NCBI RefSeq assembly: GCF_027023865.1
Contig: NZ_JALVUC010000019.1
Coordinates: 236,586-300,585, forward strand
Length of the DNA stretch: 64,000 nt
Direction of reading: 5' to 3'
Source: Thermococcus sp.
GTDB lineage: Archaea > Methanobacteriota_B > Thermococci > Thermococcales > Thermococcaceae
Shown: positions 9,591 to 20,411 of the stretch, one piece after another
Numbering within the stretch: position 1 is the stretch's first letter
Layout of the letters: every line of letters begins with the position of its first letter
Program-made: the position numbers and the translations under genes
The notes under the pieces: generated by a model
What the model saw: only the letters and a program-made list of their open reading frames with translations
The model's database searches: none
Told to the model about the DNA's origin: nothing

Positions 9591-10884
9591 AGCGCTCAGT
9601 AACCCTCAAACTCCAACCCTCAAAAGCCCAAGAGAAAACCCTCTTCAAGTTAGCCCTAATCACTTCTAAAGCCTGGAACCGGGTAAACTACCTGAGAAGG
9701 CGGGAATTCTTTGAAGGTAAACCAGTGGACTTTCTGGAAACACAGAAGACAGTCTATGAAGAGTTCAAGAAGGAAATCGGTTCCGCCACAGTTCAGACAA
9801 TAGCGAGGAAGAACGCCGAAGCTTGGCGGAGTTTCTTCTCCCTCCTTCGGAACAAGAGAAACAGGGAACTCCCGAAATGGATGAGGCCAAAACCGCCAGA
9901 ATACGTCAGGGATGCTCACCTAATAATCCTGAGGAATACACAATATAGGATTGAAGGGAACAGACTTGTTCTGATGGGTCTCGGCAAGTTCAAACGTCTC
10001 GAAGTCCAGTTTAAAGGTAGAATACATCTCAAGGGTAAACAGGGGAGATTAGAAATCACCTACGATGCCATTAAGCGGAAGTGGTATGTTCACATCAGCT
10101 TTACCGTTGAAGAAAAGTTAATCAACGGTGAGTGGATGAAAGTCCCAAGGAAACCATTGGGCGACCGTTCGGTAGGAATTGACTTGGGTGTAAACAACTT
10201 AATGGCTGTCTATGTGGAAAACGGTGAAAGCTTCCTCGTGAACGGAAGACCGTTGAAGAGCATTGCCTTTTACTGGCAGAAGAGAATAGCCGAGTATCAG
10301 TCAAAACTCAACAAAAGCGGTGTAAAGAAGAGTAGGCAGCTAAAAAGAATGCACGAGAAGGCCAAACTTCAAGCCAAACACTACATTAACACTGTTGTGA
10401 GACAGACCGTTGAGAGGCTTTATCAATTGGGTGTTAGCAGGATTGTTGTTGGCTATCCAAAAGGAATTGCCAGGGACTCTGATAAGGGCAGAAGGCAGAA
10501 TTTCCTCCTCTCTCACGTCTGGCGGTTCAATATGGTAATTCAACGGCTCATGGAAGTTGCGGAAGAGTATGGTATCAGCATTATGGCTGTTGATGAGGCT
10601 TTCACTTCCAAAACTGCCCCGTTTGCGGGAAGCCCCATGAGGGAGCTCGCTTCGTTCGCGGATTATTTAAGTGTCCCGCGACGGGGCTTGTGTTCAATGC
10701 CGACCTTGTTGGGGCGTTCAACATTTTGAAAAAGGTAGCAAAAACGATAACCCCTAACTTGGGTGGCTTGTACGCTCAAGGGAGGGGTAACTGGCCGAAG
10801 ACCGGGCCAGAGGGGTCGAAGACCCGTTTTGGTTTGGGTTTTAATGAGACCCCTCGAACCTCCCCGTCATTAGCGAGGGGTTAA
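9587..10884 (+). pseudogene. tnpB: TnpB nuclease with 1-nt deletion near 10615
   Basis: [16 protein letters not shown]; restoring one T gives TCPVCG...[10 protein letters not shown] to the stop at 10884. Confidence 0.9.
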
Positions 10885-11049
10885 CTCGTTGAAGCCCTCA
10901 TCCTTCAGGGCGGGGAGGAGGTCAGTCTCTGTTGTTTTTCACAGGGGAGTCATGTTTTGGAAGTTCGGTTGGGGTTTCTACGATACTAAGGAAACTCCGT
11001 TAGAAATTTTTTAAGAAAAAGTTATAAACTGTCTTTCCCACGGCTTTAC

Positions 11050-11125
11050 AGCGGTGCCTAGCCTTCATAACCCATGCACCCCTCTGGCACCGCTCACACT
11101 GACCAAGGGGGCTTTAATAAGGATT
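11050..11125 (+). ncRNA. Candidate structured small RNA with its own promoter
   Basis: 9-bp stem AGCGGTGCC (11050-11058)/GGCACCGCT (11086-11094) beginning about 28 nt after the first T of TTATAAA (11022-11028). Confidence 0.55.
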
Positions 11126-11341
11126 TTAAAATCAGTAGCTTGAATATAGCCTCCATAACGATTGAGCGCTAGAATAACCGCCAAACTGCGACTGGAATAA
11201 AAACCTTCGAACCAGACCTTGAATAAGGGTTTAAATGAGCTGTTCCAATCTGCTTAGCAATCCGTGTTCTTCCGCTTCAAACCTATTTGAAGTGTTGGAT
11301 AATATTAAAAGGAACCCTCCGTAAGATATGAGGGTGATAAC

Positions 11342-11815
11342 GTGAGGAAAGTAGTTCCAGTGCTCTTACTACTGCTTCTAATACCCGTGGGCTACTACGT
11401 GGGTACCCAGGGAAAAGGCACCACCTATTCCGCGGGGCACAATGGCTCCTCTGAAATCAGTTTTCAGGCAGAGAACCTCTCCGTCTTCATGAAACTGGAC
11501 AGAGAAATATACTCAAGGAACGACACGATGAGGCTAACAATCATCAACACGGGAGAGCTAAACGCCACAACCGGCTACGGATTCAGAATCTACCGCTTGG
11601 AAAACGGAAAGTGGACAGAGGTGCAGGTCAAGATGATGTTCATCCAGATGGCGGTAATAATTCCCCCTGGAAAGGAGTGGGAGCAAAGGGTGAAGCTCTC
11701 CAGTCTGAACCTCGAGCCGGGTCACTACAGGGTGGTCAAAAGCGTTATTATCTCCAACAGTGAAACCCACAACGCAGTTGGTATGAATGTGGGTGCCGAG
11801 TTCGATGTGAGGTGA
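11342..11815 (+). CDS. Membrane-anchored/exported Ig-like domain protein
   Basis: Hydrophobic N-terminal segment followed by a beta-strand-rich domain. Confidence 0.6.
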   Translation: MRKVVPVLLLLLLIPVGYYVGTQGKGTTYSAGHNGSSEISFQAENLSVFMKLDREIYSRNDTMRLTIINTGELNATTGYGFRIYRLENGKWTEVQVKMMFIQMAVIIPPGKEWEQRVKLSSLNLEPGHYRVVKSVIISNSETHNAVGMNVGAEFDVR

Positions 11816-11890
11816 TAAGTGGCATTCCATTAGCAAAACTTTTTATCCCCCTCTCACATACCCAACCCTCGGCTATAGGGGTGAGGAAAA

Positions 11891-12226
11891 ATGAAGTTCT
11901 GCCCAAAGTGTGGTAACCTCATGCTTCCAGACCGGAAAAGAAAGGTCTGGGTCTGCCGTTCCTGTGGCTATGAAGAGCCTTTTGACGAGGAGAAGGACCG
12001 AGAGAAGACCAAGATAACCCAGAAAGTTGAACACAAGCCGGATGAGGGCATCATCGTCGTTGATAAGGACGTGGAGACCCTGCCAACGACGAAGGTCTAC
12101 TGTCCCAAGTGTGGTGAGGTTGTCGAGGCTTACTGGTGGGAGATGCAGACGAGGGCAGGTGATGAGCCGAGTACAATATTCTACAAATGCAAAAAGTGTG
12201 GCTACGTCTGGAGGTCTTACGAGTGA
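11891..12226 (+). CDS. tfs: Transcription factor S (TFS)
   Basis: Two Zn ribbons; QTRAGDEP acidic hairpin. Confidence 0.97.
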   Translation: MKFCPKCGNLMLPDRKRKVWVCRSCGYEEPFDEEKDREKTKITQKVEHKPDEGIIVVDKDVETLPTTKVYCPKCGEVVEAYWWEMQTRAGDEPSTIFYKCKKCGYVWRSYE

Positions 12227-12396
12227 AGTCCGAGGAGGAACTGAAACTTGAGACCATAAGAAGGCTTGCTAGGAAGGCCCTGAAGGAGCTTGATGAAGCA
12301 TACAGAAGAATCCCCGAGACTGACAACGGAAAAGCTTATTTATTCCGCGGGAAAGAAAGGGTTAGGATGATGCTCAGTATACTCAAGGAGGGATAA
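12223..12396 (+). CDS. Small conserved hypothetical protein between tfs and pcn
   Basis: GTGA overlap with tfs stop; its 3' end supplies the pcn RBS. Confidence 0.7.
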   Translation: MKSEEELKLETIRRLARKALKELDEAYRRIPETDNGKAYLFRGKERVRMMLSILKEG

Positions 12397-12398
12397 AG

Positions 12399-13148
12399 AT
12401 GCCATTCGAAATAGTTTTTGACGGGGCTAAGGATTTCGCTGATCTTATTGCAACAGCCAGCAACCTCATAGACGAGGCCGCCTTCAAGGTAACAGAGGAA
12501 GGAATAAGCATGCGCGCCATGGACCCTAGCAGGGTCGTCCTCATCGACCTCAACCTCCCGGAAGGGATATTCTCCAAATATGAGGTTGAGGAAGAGGAAA
12601 CCATAGGGATTAACATGGATCACTTCAAGAAGGTCCTCAAGCGCGGAAAGGGCAAGGACACGCTCATCCTGAAAAAGGGCGACGAGAACTTTCTTGAGAT
12701 AACCTTCGAGGGAACTGCGAAGAGAACCTTCAAGTTGCCGCTCATAGAGGTGGAAGAGCTCGAGCTCGAGCTTCCGGAGCTTCCATTTACTGCTAAAGTC
12801 GTCGTCCTAGGAGAGGTGCTTAAAGAGGCCGTCAAGGACGCCTCCCTCGTCAGTGACGCCATGAAATTCATCGCCACAGAGAACGAGTTCATTATGAAGG
12901 CCGAGGGCGAGACGAACGAGGTTGAGATAAAGCTTACCCTTGAGGATGAGGGTTTACTCGACCTCGATGTTGAAGAGGAAACGAAGAGCGCTTACGGAAT
13001 CAGCTATCTGGCTGACATGCTGAAGGGCATCGGGAAGGCCGACGAGGTAACGGTCCGCTTTGGCAACGAGATGCCCCTCCAGATGGAGTACCTTATACGG
13101 GACGAAGGAAAGCTTGTCTTCCTCCTCGCGCCGCGCGTTGAGGACTGA
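12399..13148 (+). CDS. pcn: DNA polymerase sliding clamp PCNA
   Basis: MRAMDPSRVVLIDL...FLLAPRVED; 249 aa. Confidence 0.98.
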   Translation: MPFEIVFDGAKDFADLIATASNLIDEAAFKVTEEGISMRAMDPSRVVLIDLNLPEGIFSKYEVEEEETIGINMDHFKKVLKRGKGKDTLILKKGDENFLEITFEGTAKRTFKLPLIEVEELELELPELPFTAKVVVLGEVLKEAVKDASLVSDAMKFIATENEFIMKAEGETNEVEIKLTLEDEGLLDLDVEEETKSAYGISYLADMLKGIGKADEVTVRFGNEMPLQMEYLIRDEGKLVFLLAPRVED

Positions 13149-13181
13149 TTTTCTTCTTCCCTATTCCCCGGAGGGGTGGTC

Positions 13182-13757
13182 ATGGACATCGTCAAGCTCA
13201 GGGAGCTTCTTGAGGGTGAACTTTCGTCCCCGGAGCTGACCGAAGTTGGGGAGGAATTTTACAGGGAGTTCGACAGCTTGATAAAGGCCCTGAAGCTCGG
13301 CGCCGAAAGCTCCCATGAAAGGGGAGAGAACGTCGAGGAAAAACTTTATCTGGCCCAGGTAGAGATAGCTGAAAAGCTCGCCCGTGAGATAATTAAAATC
13401 CGCCTCCACAAGCTCGTTGACCTCGCAGTTGAAGGTCTTCCCAGTGAGATGACGGAAGAGGAGAAAAGGATATTCAGTGTTCTACGGGCATTTGTGGAGC
13501 GTGGAGAGGTTCCAGAAGCTCTACCCCGTGAGGAGCAACCGATTCGTGAGGAGATTGCTATAGCTAAGCCTGTCTCACCGCAGAGGAAGGTCCCACACGA
13601 AGCGTACATAATCCTGGTCGACCTTCCAAAGGTTCTCGACCCCGGGCTGAGGGAGTACGGACCGTTTCACGCTGGTGATATGGCCGTTCTCCCGAGGGAA
13701 CTTGGGAAAGTCCTCTTAGAGAGAAGCGCGGCTGAGAGGATTAAAATAACCCCGTGA
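13182..13757 (+). CDS. gins51: GINS complex subunit Gins51
   Basis: Helical A domain (IIKIRLHKL) plus C-terminal B domain (YGPF..GD...LP); adjacent to pcn as in Thermococcales. Confidence 0.85.
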   Translation: MDIVKLRELLEGELSSPELTEVGEEFYREFDSLIKALKLGAESSHERGENVEEKLYLAQVEIAEKLAREIIKIRLHKLVDLAVEGLPSEMTEEEKRIFSVLRAFVERGEVPEALPREEQPIREEIAIAKPVSPQRKVPHEAYIILVDLPKVLDPGLREYGPFHAGDMAVLPRELGKVLLERSAAERIKITP

Positions 13758-15219
13758 TGGAAATGCCGTTCTCAGTCTGTATGCGCGACTGCTATGATAC
13801 CTGCTCGATGATGAGTGAGTTCAGAGATGGGAGGCTCGCTGTTAAAGGAAACCCAAAGCACCCAGTTACCGCTGGGTTTCTATGTCCCACGGGCGCCCTC
13901 CTTCCGAGGTGGTTTCACTCCAAAGACAGGCTCAGGAATCCTCTAATCAGGGCCGACGAGAGGGGGAGCGGAAAGTTCAGGAAGGCGGCCTAGGAGGAGG
14001 CAATAAGCCTCACGGCCCGGAAGCTCAGAGAGACCATTGAAAAATATGGATGCGAGAGCGTCCTGGTTTACCAGTACACCGGCGACAGGGGTGTTGTGAA
14101 CTACGCCTTCCCACTGAGGCTCTTCCATCGCCTCAACACGGTGATGCTCGACCACGGAATCTGCGACAGGGCCGGACAGGAGGCCTTAGGGATGTCTACG
14201 GCACTGCAGTCGGCCTCGACCCTGAAGAACTGAAAAAACAGAGGTTGATCGTCTACTGGGGGTAAACGCCTTCTGGACGAACCTCCACGGATTCATGCTC
14301 GCCAAGAGGTACAACTTAGAAATCTGGACGGTTGATGTTGTGAGAACTGAAACGGCAAAGCGGAGCGACAGGTTTTTCCATATACGGCCGGATACTGATG
14401 TTCTCCTCGCCCTTGGAGTTGCAAAGGTTCTTATCGGGGAAACCTCTACGATGAGGCCTTTGTCGTTACCCACGACATCCTTTTGACTGACACTGCACTC
14501 TACTCGGACGTCGTTCTGCCATCCAGTACGTTCTTCGAATGGCTTGACATAGCGGAGGGCTACTACCACCGCTACATTGCCCTGAACGAGCCTGTGGCAA
14601 AGTTCCATGGGAAGAGCAACAGCGAGGTAACGCGGTTGCTTGCGAAGGCCATCGAAATAGGGAACCCCCACCTCTACGAGGGTGACGAGGAAATGATGCG
14701 GAAAACCCTCGAACTCAACGGCCTGAGCTGGGAGGAGCTTAAGAAGAACAGCTTCGTTAAAGTGCCCGAAAAACCAAGGAAGTTGGAAACGCCGAGCGGA
14801 AAAATTGAGTTCTACTTGCAGAGGGCCGTTGGGCGTGGGCTGGGTCCCTTTCCAACGTACAGGCGGTTCAAGGGGGATACCCTCTTAGGCTTCTCACTCC
14901 GACCTATCGGATGACCATAACAAGCCAGTACCACAACACCTACGGCATGATAGACCCTAACCTTTACATCAACCCGGAGGATGCTAGGGAGCGTGGAATC
15001 CGAGATGAAGATGGGGTGGAGGCCTTCAATGATAACGGCAGGATTAGGACGAGGGTAAAAGTCAGCGACGACGTTTCCAGGAGTTGCCCTTCTCTATAAG
15101 GCTTTTTGGCCTAGTTGCTAGGCTGGAACGCGAACTTTCTCACAAGCAACGAGACTGTTCAAAACTACGGCCACGGCTCTGCATACCATTCAACTTGGGT
15201 TGATATAAAGAAAGTTTAA
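13757..15219 (+). pseudogene. Molybdopterin oxidoreductase pseudogene
   Basis: CMRDCYDTC...GFLCP N-terminus; nonsense TAG at 13991; frameshifts near 14189 and 14262; probable internal deletion near 14463; ends at TAA 15219. Confidence 0.85.
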
Positions 15220-15439
15220 GGCAGATGTTTAACTTTCTATCTGCATTATCGACGAGAGATTTTTGTCCGGTTACATATACTGATGAGTAATGATGTATCT
15301 TTTTGGAAGAATGTCCGGGGGTTTGAAGGTTTCTTGCGTATCCGTCAAAGTTTTTCCAGAAAACGAACCGAAAAGTTTATATATTCGAACCAACATGGTT
15401 TATAGTGAAGACGACACAGGAAAAAAGAGGTGATGAAAG

Positions 15440-16090
15440 ATGGTCGTCATAGGAGAAAAGTTCCCAGAAGTTGAGGTCAACACGACCTTTGGAAAGATAA
15501 AGTTGCCGGAGCACTTCGCCAAAGAGGGCAAGTGGTTCGTTCTCTTCAGCCACCCGGCTGACTTTACCCCTGTCTGTACGACCGAGTTCTACGGCATGCA
15601 GAAGCGCGCCGAGGAGTTCAGGAAGCTCGGCGTCGAGCCGATCGGACTTAGCGTTGACCAGGTCTTCAGCCACCTTAAGTGGGCCGAGTGGATAAAGGAG
15701 ACCCTCAGAGAGGAGATAAGCTTCCCGATAATCGCGGACGACCGCGGAGACCTCGCTGAAGCCCTCGGCATGATACCGAGCGGTTCAACACAGACCGCGA
15801 GGGCCGTCTTCGTTGTCGACGACAAGGGCACCATAAGGGCCATCATCTACTACCCGGCCGAGGTCGGCAGGGACTGGGACGAGGTCATAAGGCTCGTCAA
15901 GGCCCTCAAGACCAGCGACGAGAAGGGCGTTGCCCTCCCGCACAAGTGGCCCAACAACGAGCTTATCGGCGACAGGGGCATAGTCCCACCCGCCGGAACA
16001 GTCGAGCAGATCAAGGAGCGCGAGGAAGCGAAGGCCAAGGGCGAGATCGAGTGCTACGACTGGTGGTTCTGCCACAAGAAGCTTAAGTGA
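15440..16090 (+). CDS. Archaeal peroxiredoxin (Prx6/TDXH type)
   Basis: [13 protein letters not shown]; C-terminal CYDWWFC. Confidence 0.95.
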   Translation: MVVIGEKFPEVEVNTTFGKIKLPEHFAKEGKWFVLFSHPADFTPVCTTEFYGMQKRAEEFRKLGVEPIGLSVDQVFSHLKWAEWIKETLREEISFPIIADDRGDLAEALGMIPSGSTQTARAVFVVDDKGTIRAIIYYPAEVGRDWDEVIRLVKALKTSDEKGVALPHKWPNNELIGDRGIVPPAGTVEQIKEREEAKAKGEIECYDWWFCHKKLK

Positions 16091-16159
16091 AGGGGTTTCC
16101 CCTTCTTTTTATCTTCGTCTTTCTGAAATTAAAAAGAACAGCAAAAAACAGAAGGCTGA

Positions 16160-17556
16160 TTAGCGGCTTTCTATATAAATTCCAACCGGAACCTGTGTGT
16201 CGCATGTTCCCACATGATACGTATACGTGCTGGTACCCAAATAGATGTATTCTGAAACATCCTGACCAACACCATTCCACTCCCCGTAATTTTGAATCCC
16301 TCCATATATGTTAAGAGAACTTGAAGAAGTGTAATATATCCCTGCGCTCAACCCTGCGGCCCATGGAGGAACGGCCCCGCCGCTTAATGCCACTGCAAGG
16401 GCACCTATCGGAATCCCAATCCCGAAATCTGCCGAACATGAACCGGAAGCATCTGAAATCAGTAGGGCAAGGCTTTGAGTCCCCGACTCCAAGAGCAGTG
16501 GCATACTTCATGTCGGTTCCACTGTAAATCCGGCTCATAATCTCTGAGTCTGGCAGTCCATTCCTGCTTCCCCCCACAATATCATTCTCTCCGGTGGTTT
16601 CTATGTCATTGATGCCCTCCTGAACCCTCTCTTCACCCGTGGGGACACAGTTGTTTAAACTTCCCGTGCAGTAGTATTCCTTCTGGTGCAGATGATAGGG
16701 CTTTGCATAGATGTATATGTATCCCTTCTCGTTAGGTGCAAGAAGAATGCTACGTGAGAAGTAATACTTACCTTCCATTGTGTAGAAGTCGTTTCCATAT
16801 ATGTCCAAACTTGGAGTACTCTTCTCTGAAATCTTGTAGCCGTAAGCTACTGTAAGCCCAAATCTGGTGTAGTACTCTTTGATAACATCTACCCATGCGT
16901 TAATAACTCCGGAACTAGAATATTTATTGTCCACAATCAAAACTGGGACTTCAATGTAATTATCCGGCCTCCATGACAGACTCCAGTCAGTTTTCCAGCC
17001 TGTTGGAACCCAACGGTGTCCCACCACTGCTTTTCGTGTTAGCTTTGAGGAGAGATGAGGGCAATTTGTGTATGTTGATTTTCACAGTCTTCTTGATGCC
17101 CTTTGAGACCTCAGCGGTGTTGTAGTTAACCATGGCGAAACCCCGATACAGCTTTCCATTTTCGTGATCCAGAACCCAGACAGAGATCATCAGTGAAGAG
17201 CCAATGCCTTTGGGGTAGGCTCTCTTCCATTCATCGAGGACAGACTGAAGCTTTTCGTCGGAGAAGGGTATCTTGACCGTATTTCCAGAGTCCCAGAACT
17301 TCAGCCGACCGGGTTTTTTAAGGCTTCCAAGGAAAACCGTTCTGTATACTTCCCGCGTGGGAACCAGTGCATCTATCTGAACCTGAACCTCAACGTTCTT
17401 TGATATCTCGGTGAGTGGTCTGCCCTTCTCGTCAACCAGTGCAATCTGAATGGCGGGCGGCTGGAGGGCGTTTGCCAAGTATACTCCCATTGTTCCACTC
17501 AACAAAAATGTCACAAACAATACTCCAATGAGCCTTTTTGATACCATCCTGATCAT
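16160..17556 (-). pseudogene. Exported hypothetical protein split by two frameshifts (near 17030 and 16480)
   Basis: Signal-peptide-bearing ORF followed by two overlapping ORFs in other frames. Confidence 0.6.
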
Positions 17557-17733
17557 CTAACCAAAGTCTGCATATCATATTAGAACATTAATGCTTATAA
17601 ATTTTTCCTTTTACTATGCGTAACTACTTCTGCTTTTTTTCGTAGAGTTAAGTAATTCCAACGGTAGTTTTGCTAACTGTCTGAGTGAAAATAAGGAAGA
17701 GCAAATGAGTGAACATAAATGCTCGTCAATATA

Positions 17734-18437
17734 TCAGAGCACCCTCCTCCTGAAGAGCACCACCAATGGGATGAGCCACGCGAGGTGAATCACGACGGCG
17801 AGCGGGAAATCAGCGTAGTCGTTGGCTGGAATGCCCTCAAAGACCTTGTAAAGCCAGTAGGTTGGCAGAAAGGCGGTGAACCTGCTCCAGTCGGTAGAGA
17901 GGTTCCTCCAAACGACGACGAGCTTTATCAGCGGCGGCAGCATGAGGAGCCAGCCGAGAACCTTGGACACCGTTAGGGCCTGCATCCTTGACTCTGAGAA
18001 CACCGTAATGAGCAGCCCGTAGATCCACACCTCAAGGAGGAAGAGGGCAATCAATGCAAGAATTCCCTTTTGAGGCATTTCTATGTCGAGGATCCAGGGG
18101 GCAACCACGGTTATCAACGCGGTGACTATGGAGGCCCACGTGAGCCTGTAGGCCAGAAAAGCCTCACTTGAGATTGGGATTACTTTCAGGGCCTGAATTA
18201 TCCTGTCCTCCTTCTCGTCGGCCATCATGAAGCCCGGAATTATGCCGAATATCATGGTATGAATATCATCATCAGGAGGGCCAGCAGAGGGTAGTAAACG
18301 CCGATTTTGTCTTTGAAGTAGCGGACGATTGAGAGGAGAACCAGCGTCATCGCCACGCTGTAGACCAGCATAGGGTCCCTCCTCAATAGCCTGATGTCCG
18401 TCCTGTAAATGGCCCCAAACCTCTTCACAAGGCTCAT
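17734..18437 (-). pseudogene. ABC-2 type exporter permease with frameshift near 18255
   Basis: ORFs 18252-18437 and 17734-18255 join as LMMIFIP-MIFGIIPGFMMADEKEDR. Confidence 0.8.
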
Positions 18438-19543
18438 CTCAACCCCTCCACGGCACGCCTGTAGAATCTGATTCTGGCGAAGTAATAGGCAGCAATGCTC
18501 CAGATCACCAGTGCGGCCCCTGAAAGGAGTAAGGTTTCGGCTGACACCCCAACGAAAGGCGTTTTGAAGAAGTAGAGTGCCCGATAGCTGGGGACGGCGT
18601 AAAGGACTTTCCAGATCCCACCCGTGAGGTAGCCGTGGTAGTGGGCGAAGGGCAGGAGTGAGACCACCATGACGCCGAGTATCGGCACGAAGTAGTCGTC
18701 GAGATCGCGGTACTTCGCCGAAATCCCGATGCCGAGGAGCGTGTAGACCATGGAAGCGAGGAAGGCCCCGAAGAGGACGTAGGGGAGGCCGCTGAGGGAG
18801 CGCGTGCCGATGCCCATTATTAGAGCCGCCCCGATTACCAACTCAACCCCCAAGATCAGCGTTTTTGCGAGGATGTAGCTCCTCCACTTCATCGGCGTTA
18901 CTGCTAGGGCACCGATCACCCCATCCTCCTTCTCCGCGAATATCTCCGTGCCGACGAACATAAAGCCAACGAGACATGGCTCAATGACGAGGAAAATTGG
19001 TACCATAGTCGGCAGGTACCGCTCCGGGAAGGCGAGGAGCATGATGTCTATAAGCGTCGCCAGCTCCCAGTAGAAGGTCTTGCCGGGTATCCCGAAGGTC
19101 ACCGCGACGCTGTAGGAGAACGCTACCGTTATTGCCAGGGCGATAAGCGTCATCATTCCGGGAGTTCTCTTTCTAAGCTCGTCCTGCATCCCCTTGAGGA
19201 ACGGCCAGCCGCCGTAGAAGTAGACCACCGCCGAAAGCAGGAAGAGGACGTAGTAGTCTCCCGGGAAGGTCAGTTCAAATCCGAGGAACCTCTGAATCAA
19301 CGGCGAAAGAACTAGTATCGGAACCGTGAGTATCGAAGAAACGATGAACCTCCTCTTGAAGTCCTCCGTCATCATCTCGTGGTGCTTCGCGTGGGAGTGC
19401 CTGTGCCCTTCGTGGCCTTCATGTTTATCTCCAGCATGCCCATGTCCAGCGTGCTCTTCGTGGACATGGTCTTTGTGGGCATCTCTTTCATGAATCTCAT
19501 GCTCCATGGCTTCATGGTCAGCGTGAACCTTCCCTTCTTTCAC
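18434..19543 (-). other. In-frame chimera: N-terminus of a CopB-type Cu P1B-ATPase fused to the C-terminal part of an ABC-2 permease
   Basis: His-rich leader, RTPGMMTLIALA, FYWELATLIDIMLL, then AFPERY...EIFAEKEDGV...LAVTP; junction near 19035-19045. Confidence 0.85.
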
Positions 19544-19595
19544 ATCTCACACCTCCACAGGTTTCCTGATTCCAACCCAGAAATCCAAAAAGAGA

Positions 19596-20139
19596 TCAAA
19601 CCCCATCAACGACGTCTTTCAGTATTTCCTCGACCTTTCCGGCGACTTCAAGGAGTTCGTCGTTCCTGGTTATACTCATGGCTCTCGTCGGGAGCAGAAG
19701 GCTCACGTAGGTCTTTCCTTCCTTAACGTAGACCACAAGGTTGCAGGGCAAGAACGTGCCGCTGTTGATGTCTATACCGATCAGCTCACTCGAGTAGCTC
19801 CGGGTTGCAGGCACCTAGAATAACGTAGGGCTCCATCTCAAGGCCGAGCTTCTCCTTGAAGAGGAGGTCAACCCTTACCTCGCTGAGGACGCCAAAGCTC
19901 TCCTTCTTCAGCTCCTTCTTGACCCTCTCAACGGTCTCGTCGAAGCCGGTCTCGACGGCCCTGACGTAGGCGTACTCCGTCTTTTCCATTCCCCTGCCAT
20001 GCTTTCCATCCATGTCCTTACCGTGGCCCTTGCAGCCGCCCTTCATCTTCCCTTTGCCCTTCATTCCCTGCATGCCACCTTTCATTCCTTCCATCTTGCC
20101 TTTTCCCTTCATGCCTTTCTTCTCCTTTATTTCATTCAT
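19596..20139 (-). pseudogene. DUF302 protein with Met/Gly/Lys-rich N-terminus; +1 frameshift near 19801
   Basis: YVILGACNP then, in another frame, SSELIGID...LPCNLVVY. Confidence 0.8.
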
Positions 20140-20411
20140 CTCACCGTTCATTTGAATCACCTTTTCTTTTGTCAATGTTTACTCTACTGCAAGAGTTAAT
20201 AGGATTGTCATTTACCAAATGGAAGAATTCACAATCAAAAATTGCCAGAATTAATGCCGTTTCCTGAGGCTAGCATAAATCGCCTTCAGAAATGGAACAA
20301 TGTTCACTGAGGGTGTAATCAGCACTCTCGGTGGCAGACTTGATGTTTACGAAAGGATAGCTATCGCCGTGACAGGGGCACCGGTTTTTTAGGGCAGTGA
20401 GGGAGAAGCGT

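Larger units (their letters stand above)
9304..10925 (+). mobile_element. Non-autonomous IS200/IS605 derivative (RHH gene + tnpB); left end at 9304 or 9361, uncertain
   Basis: Right end hairpin + AGGAGGTCAG at 10925; hairpin 9323-9342; 9361-9377 resembles the left end of copy 1. Confidence 0.8.

Noticed and set aside
11240-11270. GTTCCAAT resembling the start of a Thermococcales CRISPR repeat
   Set aside because: Single occurrence, no repeat-spacer periodicity, and the remainder does not match.
15361-15415. SurR sites at the peroxiredoxin and other redox promoters
   Set aside because: No exact GTT-N3-AAC found at those I checked; near matches have N2 or N5 spacing.
20181-20196. ACTCT-N6-AGAGT dyad upstream of the copper genes as a Cop operator
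   Set aside because: Only 5-bp arms and no second copy at the copZ operon; could occur by chance.
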